This document shows, one piece after another, positions 35,357-52,500 of a stretch of 64,000 nt of DNA. The stretch is from the NCBI GenBank assembly GCA_032718475.1, contig JAUCBJ010001045.1:1-64000 (forward strand), read 5' to 3'. This stretch comes from Nemertoderma westbladi. Lineage: Eukaryota > Animalia > Xenacoelomorpha. The translations under genes and the position numbers were made by a program. Below the pieces are notes generated by a model. That model was not told where the DNA came from. It saw nothing but the letters and a program-made list of their open reading frames with translations, and did not search any database. Each line of letters opens with the position of its first letter. Positions within the stretch are counted from its first letter, which is position 1.

Positions 35357-35635
35357 TCTAATATTGGTAATAAATGGGAGAATCTTTTAGGCTCGTTAAG
35401 ACAAGGAATGCCTGTTCACCACCATGGGTGATCTTCCACAGTAAACCCTTCCACTCTGTTTCCCAAGTTGCCTTGGTTCCCATTTGTCGACCACTGAAGG
35501 ATGAAAGCCGGGGTTGGGCTAGGCTGCAGCATTTAAAGCACTGTGCCAAAACAGTGCTGCCCCATCTAGGGATCGAACCCGGGCTCCCTAATCGGAAGCA
35601 CAGTAATGTCACCACTAGACCAAGCTGCTGCTAGC
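35357..35635 (-). mobile_element. tRNA-derived SINE
   Basis: Minus strand has A box TGGTCTAGTGG, B box GGTTCGATCCC, a central CTTTCATCCTTCAGTGGTCGACAAATGGGAACC segment resembling conserved SINE cores, and a 3' region matching the 63-bp satellite. Confidence 0.8.
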
Positions 35636-35999
35636 TGCTGCTATAGATGCTAGCTGCTATACATATACCAATATTGGTAATACAATGCTCAATACTGTAG
35701 TACAGTATTATTATAATATTATTATATTATATTATTAGTATTAGTATTATTATACATAATAGGTTATGGGCGTATTATTCAGTAGTAGCCTATTTAGTAT
35801 TGTAATTGTGTTGTTAACAATATTAATTATATAATTTATTGTACAGTATATCTTTGGGGCTAATATATTTTACTACTTTAATTAATTAATTAACCTATTT
35901 TTAATCTCACTCTAAATAATCTAATACTGTAGGATATGAAAATCTTTATACAGTAGGAATAGGTTATTAATTATTTAACCTATTTTTAATTGATTAATT

Positions 36000-36866
36000 G
36001 GCTATTATAATATTTTTTTCAAAATTGTTTTTATTATTTAATCTAGAGATTCCAAATTTAAAAAACCGTTTAGCAAGGTCTATCTTACTTCTCGAGATAT
36101 GGCTGTCTGTCCGTTTGACTGTCGGTCTGTGCGTCATTATGTTTGTCCGTAAATAAAAATCATACTATATGTCTAAAAAATTCCGTTTATGTGTATTCGG
36201 AGTCGGTGACTTCATTTCTGATGTCATTATTCAAATTTGGCCTTGTCTTTTCTGTCTGTATTCCTGTCAGTCTGTCCGTCAAAATATAACCGATAGCCTG
36301 CCAGCCAAACAGACAATTTGGAAGTCATCAAAAATGTTAAAACTGACACTCCTAGTCGCAGAATTCATTTCGAGTGTCAGTTTTAACTAAACTTTTAGCC
36401 AGATGGTGTGACCTTTTCTTATATTTGACGGACAGATTGTCGGATAGTCAGAAAGACCGACAGAGAAACAAACAGACTAACTAGATTTCATTAAAAGTGA
36501 AATCTGACCTCTCTGAAATGAAAACAGCGACCAGGAAAACCCCCATAGCAATAATTTTAGCACGATTTTGTGGTTTCGTATTGCTGCTGCTAGATATAAT
36601 TGACAGACATTCTTATATATTAACAGACAGTTTTTGCGCGGGAAGGTTCAAACTTTAAGGGCAATTATCTCAGAATGACATTTATCATTTTTAAAACACT
36701 ACTCCTCTGCCATTTTTCAACCAAATCTTATGATTTTAGGCTCATTCGAAAGGGTTTCGGCAGTTCTTTAACATTTATCTTATAGAATTTAGAAAAAACT
36801 GGCGACGATAAGATTGTTATATTAAACTATAATGGCCATTTAAAAAAAAGTGAATTTACTCCCCCT
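36000..36866. mobile_element. Partial copy of the TTAA/poly-G-terminated DNA transposon family
   Basis: Shares blocks such as GCGCGGGAAGGTTCAAACTTTAAGGGCAATT.TCTCAGAATGA with 4664-5535 and 40790-41592; ends CCCCCC|TTAA. Left boundary uncertain. Confidence 0.5.
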
Positions 36867-36869
36867 TAA

Positions 36870-37700
36870 ATGATTCTGAGCTGTTTTATGTAAACATAAA
36901 GTACGCTTGAGAAAGCAAGTCTTTATCTTGTTTAGGTCATAGAAATCTGTAGCTTTAAACTGCCAGATTTCCATGAGACCATAACATGTTTGAACAGTTG
37001 GATCGTACTGTGTAAGTTGAAACAGTTTGATTGATGTGTTTAGTGACAATAGACTAGGATCTCTGATAGCATGTATCGACTTGAACGCTTTACACTGAAC
37101 GGCTCTTACATGCAAACTGAAAGAAAGCGTAGGCTGTAACACAATCCCTAGATATGTGTGATGGTTAACGATATCCACTTGCTTGCCATCGTATACGAAC
37201 TTGTCCGCGTTGCAGAGTCTTCCACCACGTCTAAACTTTAGGATTTGAGATTTCTTTAAGTTTGCCGTTTAACTTCGCTCAAGTGTAAGTCGCATCCAAT
37301 GCTTCCTGGAGAGCTTCTCTTGAATCGGTGAAGAATACCAGGTCGTCCGCAAAAAAAAGGCAATTACCGATTCAGCTCCACGCATAATGAATTTTATAAG
37401 ATCCCAGATAAAAAGTATAAAGAGACAGTCACCCTGCAATAGACCTTGCGTCTGCTTGATTCGCTTTGACTTCCGAAAACCGTCAAAGATGTACATGTAC
37501 AGTAGTTTGGGCTAAGTATAGCTTTAATTAGTTTTAACAATCTCACATTTACTTTAAAGACATGCTCGAGCTTATACAGATCCTTTGATCGCGGAATCGA
37601 ATGGAAGGCTTTTTGAAAGTCTATGAAACAAACATACCGGTATATAAAGGGTTTCTTGGTTTGCCTAGGTTTGTCTTTATTCGGGTTAAAAGAAGGTGTA
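36870..37700 (-). pseudogene. Decayed non-LTR (RTE-X/CR1-like) reverse transcriptase fragment
   Basis: Across frames on the minus strand: CFIDFQKAF, GLLQGD, F.ADDL and YLGIVL motifs. Confidence 0.75.
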
Positions 37701-38264
37701 GAGTTTGTATAAAACCTTTGTCACACTATATTTCCATGTAGTAATCAAATTGTTAGGAAGAGATAATAACAACGTCCAGAGGTAAAAAGTTAATGATATA
37801 GACCCAATAAGGAACCTCATAAACTTATCCGGACCGCCAGATTTAACGTTTTTCTTCCTCATGAGTTCTTTCTTCTATTATATTATTATATATTTATTTT
37901 ATTATTTATTTATTTAAATATTTACTTTATTATTTTTCTTTTATTTATTATTTTATATATTTATTTTTATTATACATACATACACGGATACATGCTTATG
38001 AACATATCTTTGCCATATATATTCATATTTATGTGATTCTACAATATTATGTGCAAAAATTAATATTTTATTGTTATTCTGGCGATGCATAAGATATATT
38101 CGCCTTAATGCTCGATAATGTATATTGCCTTCTCTAATAACGCCATCTTCGTTCACTCCATGCAGCCATGTAAATGTAAATAATGAAATGTTCTAGAACA
38201 TTTTTGTAAACGGCAAGAGATCGCTAACTAAATTGAGAGGAGCAATATTCCTACAGCTCGTATG

Positions 38265-38555
38265 CTATGAGATATGAGATATTTTGAGATACTCTGAGAT
38301 ATTTTGAGATACTCTATGAGATATTTTGAGATATTCTATGAGATATTTTGAGATATTCTATGAGATATTTTGTGATACTCTATTATGAGATATTTTGAGA
38401 TACTCTATGATATTTTGAGATACTCTATGAGATATTTTGAGATATTCTATGAGATATTTTGTGATACTCTATTATGAGATATTTTGAGATACTCTATGAG
38501 ATATTTTGTGATACTCTATTATGAGATATTTTGAGATACTCTATGATATATTTTG
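38265..38555. repeat. ~22-bp tandem repeat (TATGAGATATTTTGAGATACTC)
   Basis: About 12 variable copies. Confidence 0.9.
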
Positions 38556-39759
38556 ACGCAATAATGATGGTCATATTTGTAAGGGTTAACACAACTACTT
38601 GTATGTTAGCAGAACTCCTGTCAAAGATTTTTGAATGTTGAAGACAAGGACGCTAAAGGGACATACGATTTTGTACCTCACATTATAGGTAGTGTAAAGT
38701 ACCTGACAAAACGTCGGACACATGTCCCTAATCATATGTCAGCTCAACTTGTTACGACAATTTTTTTGTCACTACAATTGCCATTATTGATTGCCATATC
38801 TTAGCACAACTGCAAGTCGGATATCCCAGTATGTTTATTACTCTCACGTTCTTACTAAACTAACGCCTATCGTGTGAGTTGATAATGCCAGAATGCGACT
38901 CATTTTGTCGCCTCTCCCTGTTAATTACGTTCACTCTTACTAACTCCACCTCCACCTGTGATTTGATTGTCAACAAAACCAACACTAACAGAATCATCGT
39001 TAAATATCGGCATTTATAATTTCCTACTAGGATAAACAAAAACAATAATTAAATGTGAGTACGTTAATAAAATTCAGATCAAATATTAATTTATAAATAT
39101 TATTTTAAGACTAAAATATGTTACTTAATAAAATCAATGAAACTCAAACAGACAACACTACTACTGTAAGCTTGCTTTGCGTGTTTATAAACAGTATTTT
39201 ATGGCTAAAGATGGTGTAGTTATTATTATTATTACACCCGGATTACGCCCCGGTGGCTATAATTAGTAAAATTGTGTGTATATTTACTTAGATTGGCACA
39301 GAGCAACACAAATTAAATTATGTATTTATACATCTATAATACATACATATACGATACGTCATACGAGGTAAAATAACATTATAAAAGAGATATTGGAAGA
39401 ATCGAACATACAATTATACATAATAATCAAATATGCCGTAGGACAGGCAACGCATTGAAATTATAGACTATCTCGCTCAAATGGACCAGTCCCGTCCATG
39501 ACAAAAAATATACAAAATAATACATTAAGTCGCTCAATTATACTGTAATTAGAAGAACGAAACTTATGTTGCCCGTTGTGGAATCAACTCAACCGTATAA
39601 AATTATATATAACGTTGTGTCTATCTGAATGATCTCCCGTGAATTACTGCACCAATATAACATAGCTGGAAGGAGTGTTTTTGTTTTTCATTTGTGTTTT
39701 TGTTTTTTTGTTTTTTTTGTTTGTCATTGTTTTTACACCATACTGATGAACAGCAGCAG

Positions 39760-40270
39760 TCTTAGATGTTAGCGATGGAAGATTCAATAACCATGAATTT
39801 CTTACGTACTGCGCAAAAATGTATATTTTTGATAATCCTGTGATGTGTTGTACGAGCCAATAATTATAGATGTAATTTACTGTTGCATTATTAGTATTGA
39901 ATAAACTATATAATAATCTCAAATTGTGCAATCTAATCGAGGTCCCGACGTTTGGTTGATTCAGCAGTCTGTTGAGAACGTTGTTGTTCACATAGTTACC
40001 TACTCGTAGCACTTTATGTATACATTTATGTATGGATGTAACAATGTCTTTCATGTTGTTCTCGGTAATCATCCCGGATCCATAAAGTACTGAGGGCAGC
40101 ACAATGGTTGACCATATCTTAGATACCACACATAATGGGATACTGTCAACACAGAGTCCCCTTAATTCAATTCGGTTCGCATGCGCCCATATCATCCATC
40201 CTATGTATGTATGGAGATGTATGGAGATATCTAGTATGGAGATGGGCTGTAGAAATATATTATTAACGAA
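39760..40270 (-). pseudogene. Decayed LINE 3' coding fragment
   Basis: KIWSTIVLPSVLYGS...CIHKVLRV resembles the post-RT region of RTE-X-like LINEs. Confidence 0.5.
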
Positions 40271-40789
40271 CCGGAACGTGATTGGCGCTAGTTTGTAGTA
40301 CCGGTACTTCATCAATAGAAAGCAAACCTCTAAATTTGGAAAAAATAAGTAAAGGAAAGCATTGCCTGCCTGGTAAAGCCTGCTTGGAAAACAGTAAAAA
40401 TATTGATCCACAGGGAATTTAAACTCAGGTCTACAACTGTGCTATGTATTTAACCTATGAATGTGTATTTAACCTATGAATGTGTATTTAACCTATGAAT
40501 GTGTATTTAACCTATGCTGTAAATTTTCACTGATTTCTGGGGGAATTTTAGTGATTTCCCAGTTTTACTATGTTTTAGTAGGGCGTGCTCGGCGATGAGT
40601 ACATTTAGGATCACTGATTTGAGGCAGTAGATAGGTTGACTTTTCTACTTATTGTGATTTTCACAGTGTACCTGTACCTGTATCTGTATCTATAATAGTG
40701 TATTCCTGTACATTGTAATTTATTAACATACAAGTGATTCGCCAAGATGGGATTTTCGTCAAGCTCTCACATTGACATGTTATTGCGTC

Positions 40790-41592
40790 TAGAGCAGAAT
40801 TTAATGTGGATTTCAAATCTGTAAACCGCTTAGAGAGATCTCTTTTAGTTCTCGAGTTATCGTGGAATATCTGTCTGCCAATGTGTCTGTCAAAATGTAA
40901 GACAGACAGACAGACATCCGACAGACGGACTGACTCCATTCCACCAAATATTAAAACTGATCCCGAAAACCCCAATAAATATAATTTTAGCGCGGTGGTG
41001 TGCTTCCTTCATGTCAGACACTATTAACCAACCAGACCCCATACAGGTAGCTTTGCGCGGGAAGGTTTGAACTTTGTAGGTAATTTTCTCAGAATGAAAT
41101 TTTTTCGCACGAAAAATGCTACACCTCCGCCATTTCTTAAGCGTTTTTTTCAATTTTTGCTTTATATGAAAGGTGAAAGCTTCAATAAATTTCACGCACT
41201 TTTCTTAATTTAATAATATTTCCCCATTTTTTAATGAAAAATTACAAAAAAACATGGGTTTTTTTCGATTTTTACAAAATTGCCAATTATAAGAAATAGA
41301 AAACGAAAATAAAAAAGTGTTGAAAAATATGATGAAATTGAACATGCTGGTTCCTAAAATGTGTGGTATCGAAAAATAAAAATGGAAAATTCCGGAGGAG
41401 TAGTCTTTTTAGTGAAATATTTTAAATCTCACGCAGGGCGCTAGGAGGCGCTAAAAAATTTTTTTAAATTTTTATGCACTTTTAATGATCCTCTCTTCGA
41501 TGGTATATCGTTTTCTATGCATTATGCAACCACATTGGAGACATGTACAAAATAAGAAAAAAACATAGGGGGGGGGGGGGTTACCCCCCCCG
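40790..41592. mobile_element. Inverted partial copy of the 4664-5535 transposon family
   Basis: CTAGAGCAGAATTTAATG and neighbouring blocks are the reverse complement of 5300-5470; right end GGGGGTTACCCCCCCCG|TTAA. Confidence 0.6.
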
Positions 41593-42726
41593 TTAAATTT
41601 AATCATATAGCCAAGAAATAAACATAAATTTTATACTTTTTTTGACTTTGGGTTAAACGGAAATAAACTAGAAAGCCAGCAAGCTGGCCGGGAAGGAGCC
41701 CGGGGGAAGAATCCTAGTCATAATACTCCTACAGCCAACTCTCTATGTATTCCTTTGCGACAGCTGTCAATGAATGCCGAAATACATTTAATTTCGCGAC
41801 AAAATAATACAAAAAAACGAAATATATCGAATACCACACATGGAAACGATATAAAATTTTGTAACGCAATTATGAATCATCAAAGTAATGTAATTGCAAA
41901 ATTTCATTAAAAAACGCCAGGCAGGAAGTGCCTGAACCTGGATTACGATCTGTGAGTGAGTGAGTGAGTGTTATATGACCTGATATTTTAACAGTTAAGT
42001 ATCCCGCTGTTGTCGAGCGGGATCCTAATTATTTTTTGCAATCGGGGAGAATGTTGATATAAGAATGTTGATCCCCAAACCAAAGCCAATTTATGCAATA
42101 TTTCAAAGAAATTAAATTTGGTGGTTTTATTAAAAGCAATGCCAAGTTATTATTACTCCCCCGACCATCAAAAGGTAACAAAATGGAAATACTACCGCTA
42201 TTCGTTAGAAATATTCATTGAAATTACGTCGTAGACGAATTATTGAGATTATTAATACAGTATCAACTGCACCAAAGTCTCACAGTAACTATTACAGCAT
42301 CAACAACTCAACGTAACCAAATCAAAACTCATACAAATAACTCATAAAAACTCATATAAATAGTACTAATTAATTATGAAATTAATTTCAACGAAATAGC
42401 ACCCCTGATACACTGTTGGTATGTGGACATTATGACACACTGCTTATCAATCAAAGAGGGGCATTTTGCAATAACAATGATGGGTTATATAATAAATATA
42501 ATTAATTAATTACTGACAACAATTAACACCATAGCCACAATACACAAATTATTACCACTAATAATTTATAAACAATTTATTTTTTAATAAATGGAGGGGA
42601 TGAGGGGAACAATACTTGACTTAATCAATTACACGAGTGCTTGGGATAGTGAAGAGTCGTTTCGCGTTTAGTTTGGTTAGATAAGGGAGGGGGGGGGGGG
42701 GGGGGGGGGGTATGCCATGCCAAATC

Positions 42727-44100
<1,374 letters not shown>

Positions 44101-46535
44101 TTAAATAATTTAAGATGGTCGAACAGTAAAAAAAGCTTAAAATTAGTAGAATTTTCTATTGACAAATTATTTATTAATACGGTATTTATATTTCACTGCT
44201 ATTTAATAATGTGCACTAAATTGAGCGAGCTGAAGTAAATTAAAAAAGGTAAATGAAATAAAGTATTATATTTACTGCACAATATTTAACTCTTTTGTTA
44301 AAATTTTAAATGTATTGTTATCAGCGCACGTTAATAATTCCACGCGATTCCGCGATTCTCTCTGTTTAGAAATTAAATATTAACTACTAAACCAACACAA
44401 CTCTCAGCAAATTGTCATTAGGTATTTAAACTAGGCATATTTTATACTTTATAGTTAAGTTTTTAGTTTTTATTTTAAAAATAAAAACTATTTTAATTAT
44501 TAATAAAATAACTATTCAACTAATAATAAATAGAAAACCACTATATGGTTATAAATTTGTTTAAATCTGAATTTACAGATTTACTATAAATATCGTATTA
44601 TTAACTTTGAACAATCAGTGGCTGTTTATACATAATGTATATTTTTAAATTGATAAATTTAGAAGTTCAAAAATTGGTTTCTTCTGATATAGAACAACAA
44701 CAAATTTTGTGTGAATGTTTTATAAATCTAGGGTTATTTATTGCATTTCTCCAACTTCAACTCAGGCCACAGTGAATGAGGGAAGATTTGTCGCCACACA
44801 ATTTACACAGCAGGCAGAGACTCTGGAATGGAATGAATAATGATGCTGGCAGGCTGTTACTGCTGCTGGAAGCCGTGCCACCCCATCCAACTACAACTAA
44901 CACACGCTATAATGACGTAGTTATTAGTCATATAACATTGATTTCCATTATGGTTTGTGATAAAATGAGTTAGGAATAATTACTATCATGTACATTCACA
45001 TTACTAGACCATGTGTCACAATTTATATGGCGTCTTAAAGGGATCAAAATCATAACTGCGGTTATTGGAAATGTAAATAGCGCGCGTAGATAATAATAGA
45101 AATGACCCATGAAAATATTAAAATCTCTCATGAAAATTTATATCAGATGTTCTATTCATTATATTGTTTGTTATTGCCGCAATAACTATAGAGCCAATTA
45201 AGTCACACCTAGGCGGTGATTTGGTTACATCCGTTGCCTTGAATTAAAATCTCTCAGGGTGGATTTAGTTTTGGGACTAATACGTAAAAGGGATTAGCCA
45301 GGGCGCATCTTTGTCTTGCATCCTTGAGTAGTAAAATGTAGCTAAATGAGTAGCAGTTTCCAATGGGGAGAATAATTCTGGGGGGGGGGGGGGGGAACTG
45401 GAAACACGTTGTTAGACTTTGTGCGTAATCCCTGGCCTAAAGGCCGAATAAAACTTTACTTTACTTCTAGACGCAAATAACAGCTGATTTCTCCCAAAAT
45501 TATGACTGTAACCTGTTCTATTGAATTGACGTATATTGTTTTGGTTAGAATAACGTGCCACTGTAACCTGCTCCTTTCCAATTGATAATTTAACATTGAG
45601 GCGGTATAGTAAATCGCCGAGAATGGATTTGCGTCCAGTCCAGTCCCGGCCACTGCCTATCTTAGATCAACAATGCATAATATTGCTCTATGGCAGTCGG
45701 GTGGTTCAGTATTGTCCGTCCCCGCAGTAATAGGCGGAAGAAATTCCAGATGATTCACACAGAGGCGGCTTCAAAATCACGATGATAGATAGTATAAGTA
45801 TTTTCACACGGGACAGACAAGAGACGGATACATGGGCCTATTTGAATCGTCGCAGTGTCAGATTGGATACAGCCCATAAACAGCTTTCGTAATATAGTGT
45901 TTAGGTGGCACGGGTTCAAATCCAACAAAAGGCTGTTTATTTCGCACTGTTGTGTCCCTATTCAAGACACTTTAGACAGTAGTGCTTACTCTGGAGTCCC
46001 GAATAGACGGGGCTGTTAATTTTTGAAAAAAAAAATCCATCCACAATTCTCTTATTCCAGACACCACGACGACTAATTTTTTCTAAAAAATTTAGTACAT
46101 TTTTAATTATGAGTAAATAACGTTTGTTCTCATAATAATTGAGAGTTGAAAGTGAAAGAAAACAAAAACCGTGTACCGAGTATACCACCGGTAGCCGTAG
46201 GTACTACTGTACCTGTACCTGTACGCCTATACAAAATTTTACACCCACCACGTTTATTCGGGACTCCAGAGTAGATAGCTTATGCAAACAAGCGGTACAG
46301 TAATTGGAACCTGGCTTCTGATGGGGGAGTAAATAAAGGGTTGGATATTTATGAAGTGTTCAGCATTGGGAGTTAGTGTGGCGTCTCCCCAACCTTACAC
46401 CCGAACATGTCAGCCACTGACCAACCTGATAGCTCTGCTATAAAAGGGAAGATAATAATGGCGAGCTGTGGAGAACTATCTCTGACGGTGATACATTCAT
46501 TATTTGAATGGGAAACCTTTTAGGCTCTTTAAGCC

Positions 46536-49500
46536 TAGGAATACCTATTCACCACCATGGGTGATCTTCCACAGTAAACCCATCCACTCTGTTTCCTAAA
46601 AGGATTGCCTGTTCACCACCATGGGTGATCTTCCACAGTAAACCCATCCACTCTGTTTCCTAAAGGAATGCCTATTCACCACCATGGGTGATCTTCCACA
46701 GTAAACCCATCCACTCTGTTTCCTAAAGGAATGCCTATTCACCACCATGGGTGATCTTCCACAGTAAACCCATCCACTCTGTTTCCTAAAGGAATGCCTA
46801 TTCACCACCATCGGTGATCTTCCACAGTAAACACTTCCACTCTGTTTCCTAAAAGGATTGCCTGTTCACCACCATGGGTGATCTTCCACAGTAAACCCAT
46901 CCACTCTGTTTCCTAAAGGAATGCCTATTCACCACCATGGGTGATCTTCCACAGTAAACCCATCCACTCTGTTTCCTAAAGGAATGCCTATTCACCACCA
47001 TGGGTGATCTTCCACAGTAAACCCATCCACTCTGTTTCCTAAAGGAATGCCTATTCACCACCATCGGTGATCTTCCACAGTAAACACTTCCACTCTGTTT
47101 CCTAAAGGAATACCTATTCACCACCATCGGTGATCTTCCACAGTAAACCCATCCACTCTGTTTCCTAAAGGAATGCCTGTTCACCACCATCGGTGATCTT
47201 CCACAGTAAACCCATCCACTCTGTTTCCTAAAGGAATGCCTATTCACCACCATGGGTGATCTTCCACAGTAAACCCATCCACTCTGTTTCCTAAAGGAAT
47301 ACCTATTCACCACCATCGGTGATCTTCCACAGTAAACCCATCCACTCTGTTTCCTAAAGGAATCCCTATTCACCACCATGGGTGATCTTCCACAGTAAAC
47401 CCATCCACTCTGTTTCCTAAAGGAATGCCTATTCACCACCATGGGTGATCTTCCACAGTAAACCCATCCACTCTGTTTCCTAAAGGAATGCCTATTCACC
47501 ACCATGGGTGATCTTCCACAGTAAACCCATCCACTCTGTTTCCTAAAGGAATGCCTATTCACCACCATGGGTGATCTTCCACAGTAAACCCATCCACTCT
47601 GTTTCCTAAAGGAATGCCTATTCACCACCACACCATGGGTGATCTTCCACAGTAAACCCATCCACTCTGTTTCCTAAATGAATACCTATTCACCACCATC
47701 GGTGATCTTCCACAGTAAACCCATCCACTCTGTTTCCTAAAGGAATGAATATTCACCACCATGGGTGATCTTCCACAGTAAACCCATCCACTCTGTTTCC
47801 TAAATGAATACCTATTCACCACCATGGGTAATCTTCCACAGTAAACCCATCCACTCTGTTTCCTAAAGGAATGCCTATTCACCACCATGGGTGATCTTCC
47901 ACAGTAAACCCATCCACTCTGTTTCCTAAAGGATGCCTATTCACCACCATGGGTGATCTTCCACAGTAAACCCATCCACTCTGTTTCCTAAAGGAATACC
48001 TATTCACCACCATGGGTGATCTTCCACAGTAAACCCATCCACTCTGTTTCCTAAAGGAATGCCTATTCACCACCATGGGTGATCTTCCACAGTAAACCCA
48101 TCCACTCTGTTTCCTAAAGGAATACCTATTCACCACCATGGGTGATCTTCCACAGTAAACCCATCCACTCTGTTTCCTAAAGGAATGCCTATTCACCACC
48201 ATGGGTGATCTTCCACAGTAAACCCATCCACTCTGTTTCCTAAAGGAATGCCTATTCACCACCATGGGTGATCTTCCACAGTAAACCCATCCACTATGTT
48301 TCCTAAAGGAATACCTATTCACCACCATGGGTGATCTTCCACAGTAAACCCATCCACTCTGTTTCCTAAAGGAATGCCTATTCACCACCATGGGTGATCT
48401 TCCACAGTAAACCCATCCACTCTGTTTCCTAAAGGAATGCCTATTCACCACCACACCATGGGTGATCTTCCACAGTAAACCCATCCACTCTGTTTCCTAA
48501 AGGAATGCCTATTCACCACCATGGGTGATCTTCCACAGTAAACCCATCATCTCTGTTTCCTAAAGGAATGCCATTCACCACCATGGGTGATCTTCCACAG
48601 TAAACCCATCCACTCTGTTTCCTAAAGGAATACCTATTCACCACCATGGGTGATCTTCCACAGTAAACCCATCCACTCTGTTTCCTAAAGGAATGCCTAT
48701 TCACCACCATGGGTGATCTTCCACAGTAAACCCATCCACTCTCTTTTCTAAAGGAATACCTATTCACCACCATGGGTGATCTTCCACAGTAAACCCATCC
48801 ACTCTGTTTCCTAAAGGAATTCCTATTCACCACCATGGGCAATCTTCCACAGTAAACCCATCCACTCTGTTTCCTAAAGGAATACCTATTCACCACCATA
48901 GGTGATCTTCCCACCACCATGGGTGACCTTCCACAGTAAACCCTTCCACCCTGTTTCCTAAAGGAATACCTATTCACCACTATGGGTGATCTTCCACAGT
49001 AAACCCATCCACTCTGTTTCCTAAAGGAATGCCTATTCACCACCATGGGTGATCTTCCACAGTAAACCCATCCACTCTGTTTCCTAAAGGAATGCCTATT
49101 CACCACCATGGGTGATCTTCCACAGTAAACCCATCCACTCTGTTTCCTAAAGGAATACCTATTCACCACCATGGGTGATCTTCCACAGTAAACCCATCCA
49201 CTCTCTTTTCTAAAGGAATACCTATTCACCACCATGGGTGATCTTCCACAGTAAACCCATCCACTCTGTTTCCTAAAGGAATTCCTATTCACCACCATGG
49301 GCAATCTTCCACAGTAAACCCATCCACTCTGTTTCCTAAAGGAATACCTATTCACCACCATAGGTGATCTTCCCACCACCATGGGTGACCTTCCACAGTA
49401 AACCCTTCCACCCTGTTTCCTAAAGGAATACCTATTCACCACTATGGGTGATCTTCCACAGTAAACCCATCCACTCTGTTTCCTAAAGGAATGCCTATTC

Positions 49501-52500
49501 ACCACCATGGGTGATCTTCCACAGTAAACACATCATCTCTGTTTCCTAAAGGAATGCCATTCACCACCATGGGTGATCTTCCACAGTAAACCCATCCACT
49601 CTGTTTCCTAAATGAATACCTATTCACCACCATCGGTGATCTTCCACAGTAAACCCATCCACTCTGTTTCCTAAAGGAATGAATATTCACCACCATGGGT
49701 GATCTTCCACAGTAAACCCATCCACTCTGTTTCCTAAATGAATACCTATTCACCACCATGGGTAATCTTCCACAGTAAACCCATCCACTCTATTTCCTAA
49801 AGGAATACCTATTCACCACCATGGGTGATCTTCCACAGTAAACCCATCCACTCTGTTTCCTAAAGGAATGCCTATTCACCACCATGGGTGATCTTCCACA
49901 GTAAACCCATCCACTCTGTTTCCTAAAGGAATACCTATTCACCACCATGGGTGATCTTCCACAGTAAACCCATCCACTCTGTTTCCTAAAGGAATGCCTA
50001 TTCACCACCACACCATGGGTGATCTTCCACAGTAAACCCATCCACTCTGTTTCCTAAATGAATACCTATTCACCACCATCGGTGATCTTCCACAGTAAAC
50101 CCATCCACTCTGTTTCCTAAAGGAATGAATATTCACCACCATGGGTGATCTTCCACAGTAAACCCATCCACTCTGTTTCCTAAATGAATACCTATTCACC
50201 ACCATGGGTAATCTTCCACAGTAAACCCATCCACTCTGTTTCCTAAAGGAATGCCTATTCACCACCATGGGTGATCTTCCACAGTAAACCCATCCACTCT
50301 GTTTCCTAAAGGATGCCTATTCACCACCATGGGTGATCTTCCACAGTAAACCCATCCACTCTGTTTCCTAAAGGAATACCTATTCACCACCATGGGTGAT
50401 CTTCCACAGTAAACCCATCCACTCTGTTTCCTAAAGGAATGCCTATTCACCACCATGGGTGATCTTCCACAGTAAACCCATCCACTCTGTTTCCTAAAGG
50501 AATACCTATTCACCACCATGGGTGATCGTCCACAGTAAACCCATCCACTCTGTTTCCTAAAGGAATACCTATTCACCACCATGGGTGATCTTCCACAGTA
50601 AACCCATCCACTCTGTTTCCTAAAGGAATGCCTATTCACCACCATGGGTGATCTTCCACAGTAAACCCATCCACTCTCTTTTCTAAAGGAATACCTATTC
50701 ACCACCATGGGTGATCTTCCACAGTAAACCCATCCACTCTGTTTCCTAAAGGAATTCCTATTCACCACCATGGGCAATCTTCCACAGTAAACCCATCCAC
50801 TCTGTTTCCTAAAGGAATACCTATTCACCACCATAGGTGATCTTCCCACCACCATGGGTGACCTTCCACAGTAAACCCTTCCACCCTGTTTCCTAAAGGA
50901 ATACCTATTCACCACTATGGGTGATCTTCCACAGTAAACCCATCCACTCTGTTTCCTAAAGGAATGCCTATTCACCACCATGGGTGATCTTCCACAGTAA
51001 ACACATCATCTCTGTTTCCTAAAGGAATGCCATTCACCACCATGGGTGATCTTCCACAGTAAACCCATCCACTCTGTTTCCTAAATGAATACCTATTCAC
51101 CACCATCGGTGATCTTCCACAGTAAACCCATCCACTCTGTTTCCTAAAGGAATGAATATTCACCACCATGGGTGATCTTCCACAGTAAACCCATCCACTC
51201 TGTTTCCTAAATGAATACCTATTCACCACCATGGGTAATCTTCCACAGTAAACCCATCCACTCTATTTCCTAAAGGAATACCTATTCACCACCATGGGTG
51301 ATCTTCCACAGTAAACCCATCCACTCTGTTTCCTAAAGGAATGCCTATTCACCACCATGGGTGATCTTCCACAGTAAACCCATCCACTCTGTTTCCTAAA
51401 GGAATACCTATTCACCACCATGGGTAATCTTCCACAGTAAACCCATCCACTCTGTTTCGTAAAGGAATGCCTATTCACCACCATGGGTGATCTTCCACAG
51501 TAAACCCATCCACTCAGTTTCCTAAAGGAATGCCTATTCACCACCATGGGTGATCTTCCACAGTAAACCCATCCACTATGTTTCCTAAAGGAATACCTAT
51601 TCACCACCATGGGTGATCTTCCACAGTAAACCCATCCACTCTGTTTCCTAAAGGTAATGCCTATTCACCACCATGGGTGATCTTCCACAGTAAACCCATC
51701 CATTCTGTTTCCTAAAGGAATGCCTATTCACCACCATGGGTGATCTTCCACAGTAAACCCATCCTCTCTGTTTCCTAAAGGAATGCCTATTCACCACCAT
51801 GGGTGATCTTCCACAGTAAACCCATCCACTCTGTTTCCTAAAGGAATGCCTATTCACCACCATGGGTGATCTTCCACAGTAAACCCATCCACTCTGTTTC
51901 CTAAAGGAATGCCTATTCACCACCATGGGTGATCTTCCACAGTAAACCCATCCACTCTGTTTCCTAAAGGAATGCCTATTCACCACCATGGGTGATCTTC
52001 CACAGTAAACCCATCCACTCTGTTTCCTAAAGGAATGCCTATTCACCACAATGGGTGATCTTCCACATTAAACACATCCACTCTGTTTCCTAAAGGAATG
52101 CCTATTCACCACCATGGGTGATCTTCCACAGTAAACCCATCCACTCTGTTTCCTAAAGGAATGCCTATTCACCACCATGGGTGATCTTCCACAGTAAACC
52201 CATCCACTCTGTTTCCTAAAGGAATACCTATTCACCACCATGGGTGATCTTCCACAGTAAACCCATCCACTCTGTTTCCCAAAGGAATGCCTATTCACCA
52301 CCATGGGTGATCTTCCACAGTAAACCCATCCACTCTGTTTCCTAAAGGAATACCTATTCACCACCATGGGTGATCTTCCACAGTAAACCCATCCACTCTG
52401 TTTCCTAAAGGAATGCCTATTCACCACCATGGGTGATCTTCCACAGTAAACCCATCCACTCTGTTTCCTAAAGGAATGCCTATTCACCACCATGGGTGAT

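Noticed and set aside
35560-35635. Possible tRNA gene
   Set aside because: A/B boxes are present but stems are imperfect and it continues into a SINE body.
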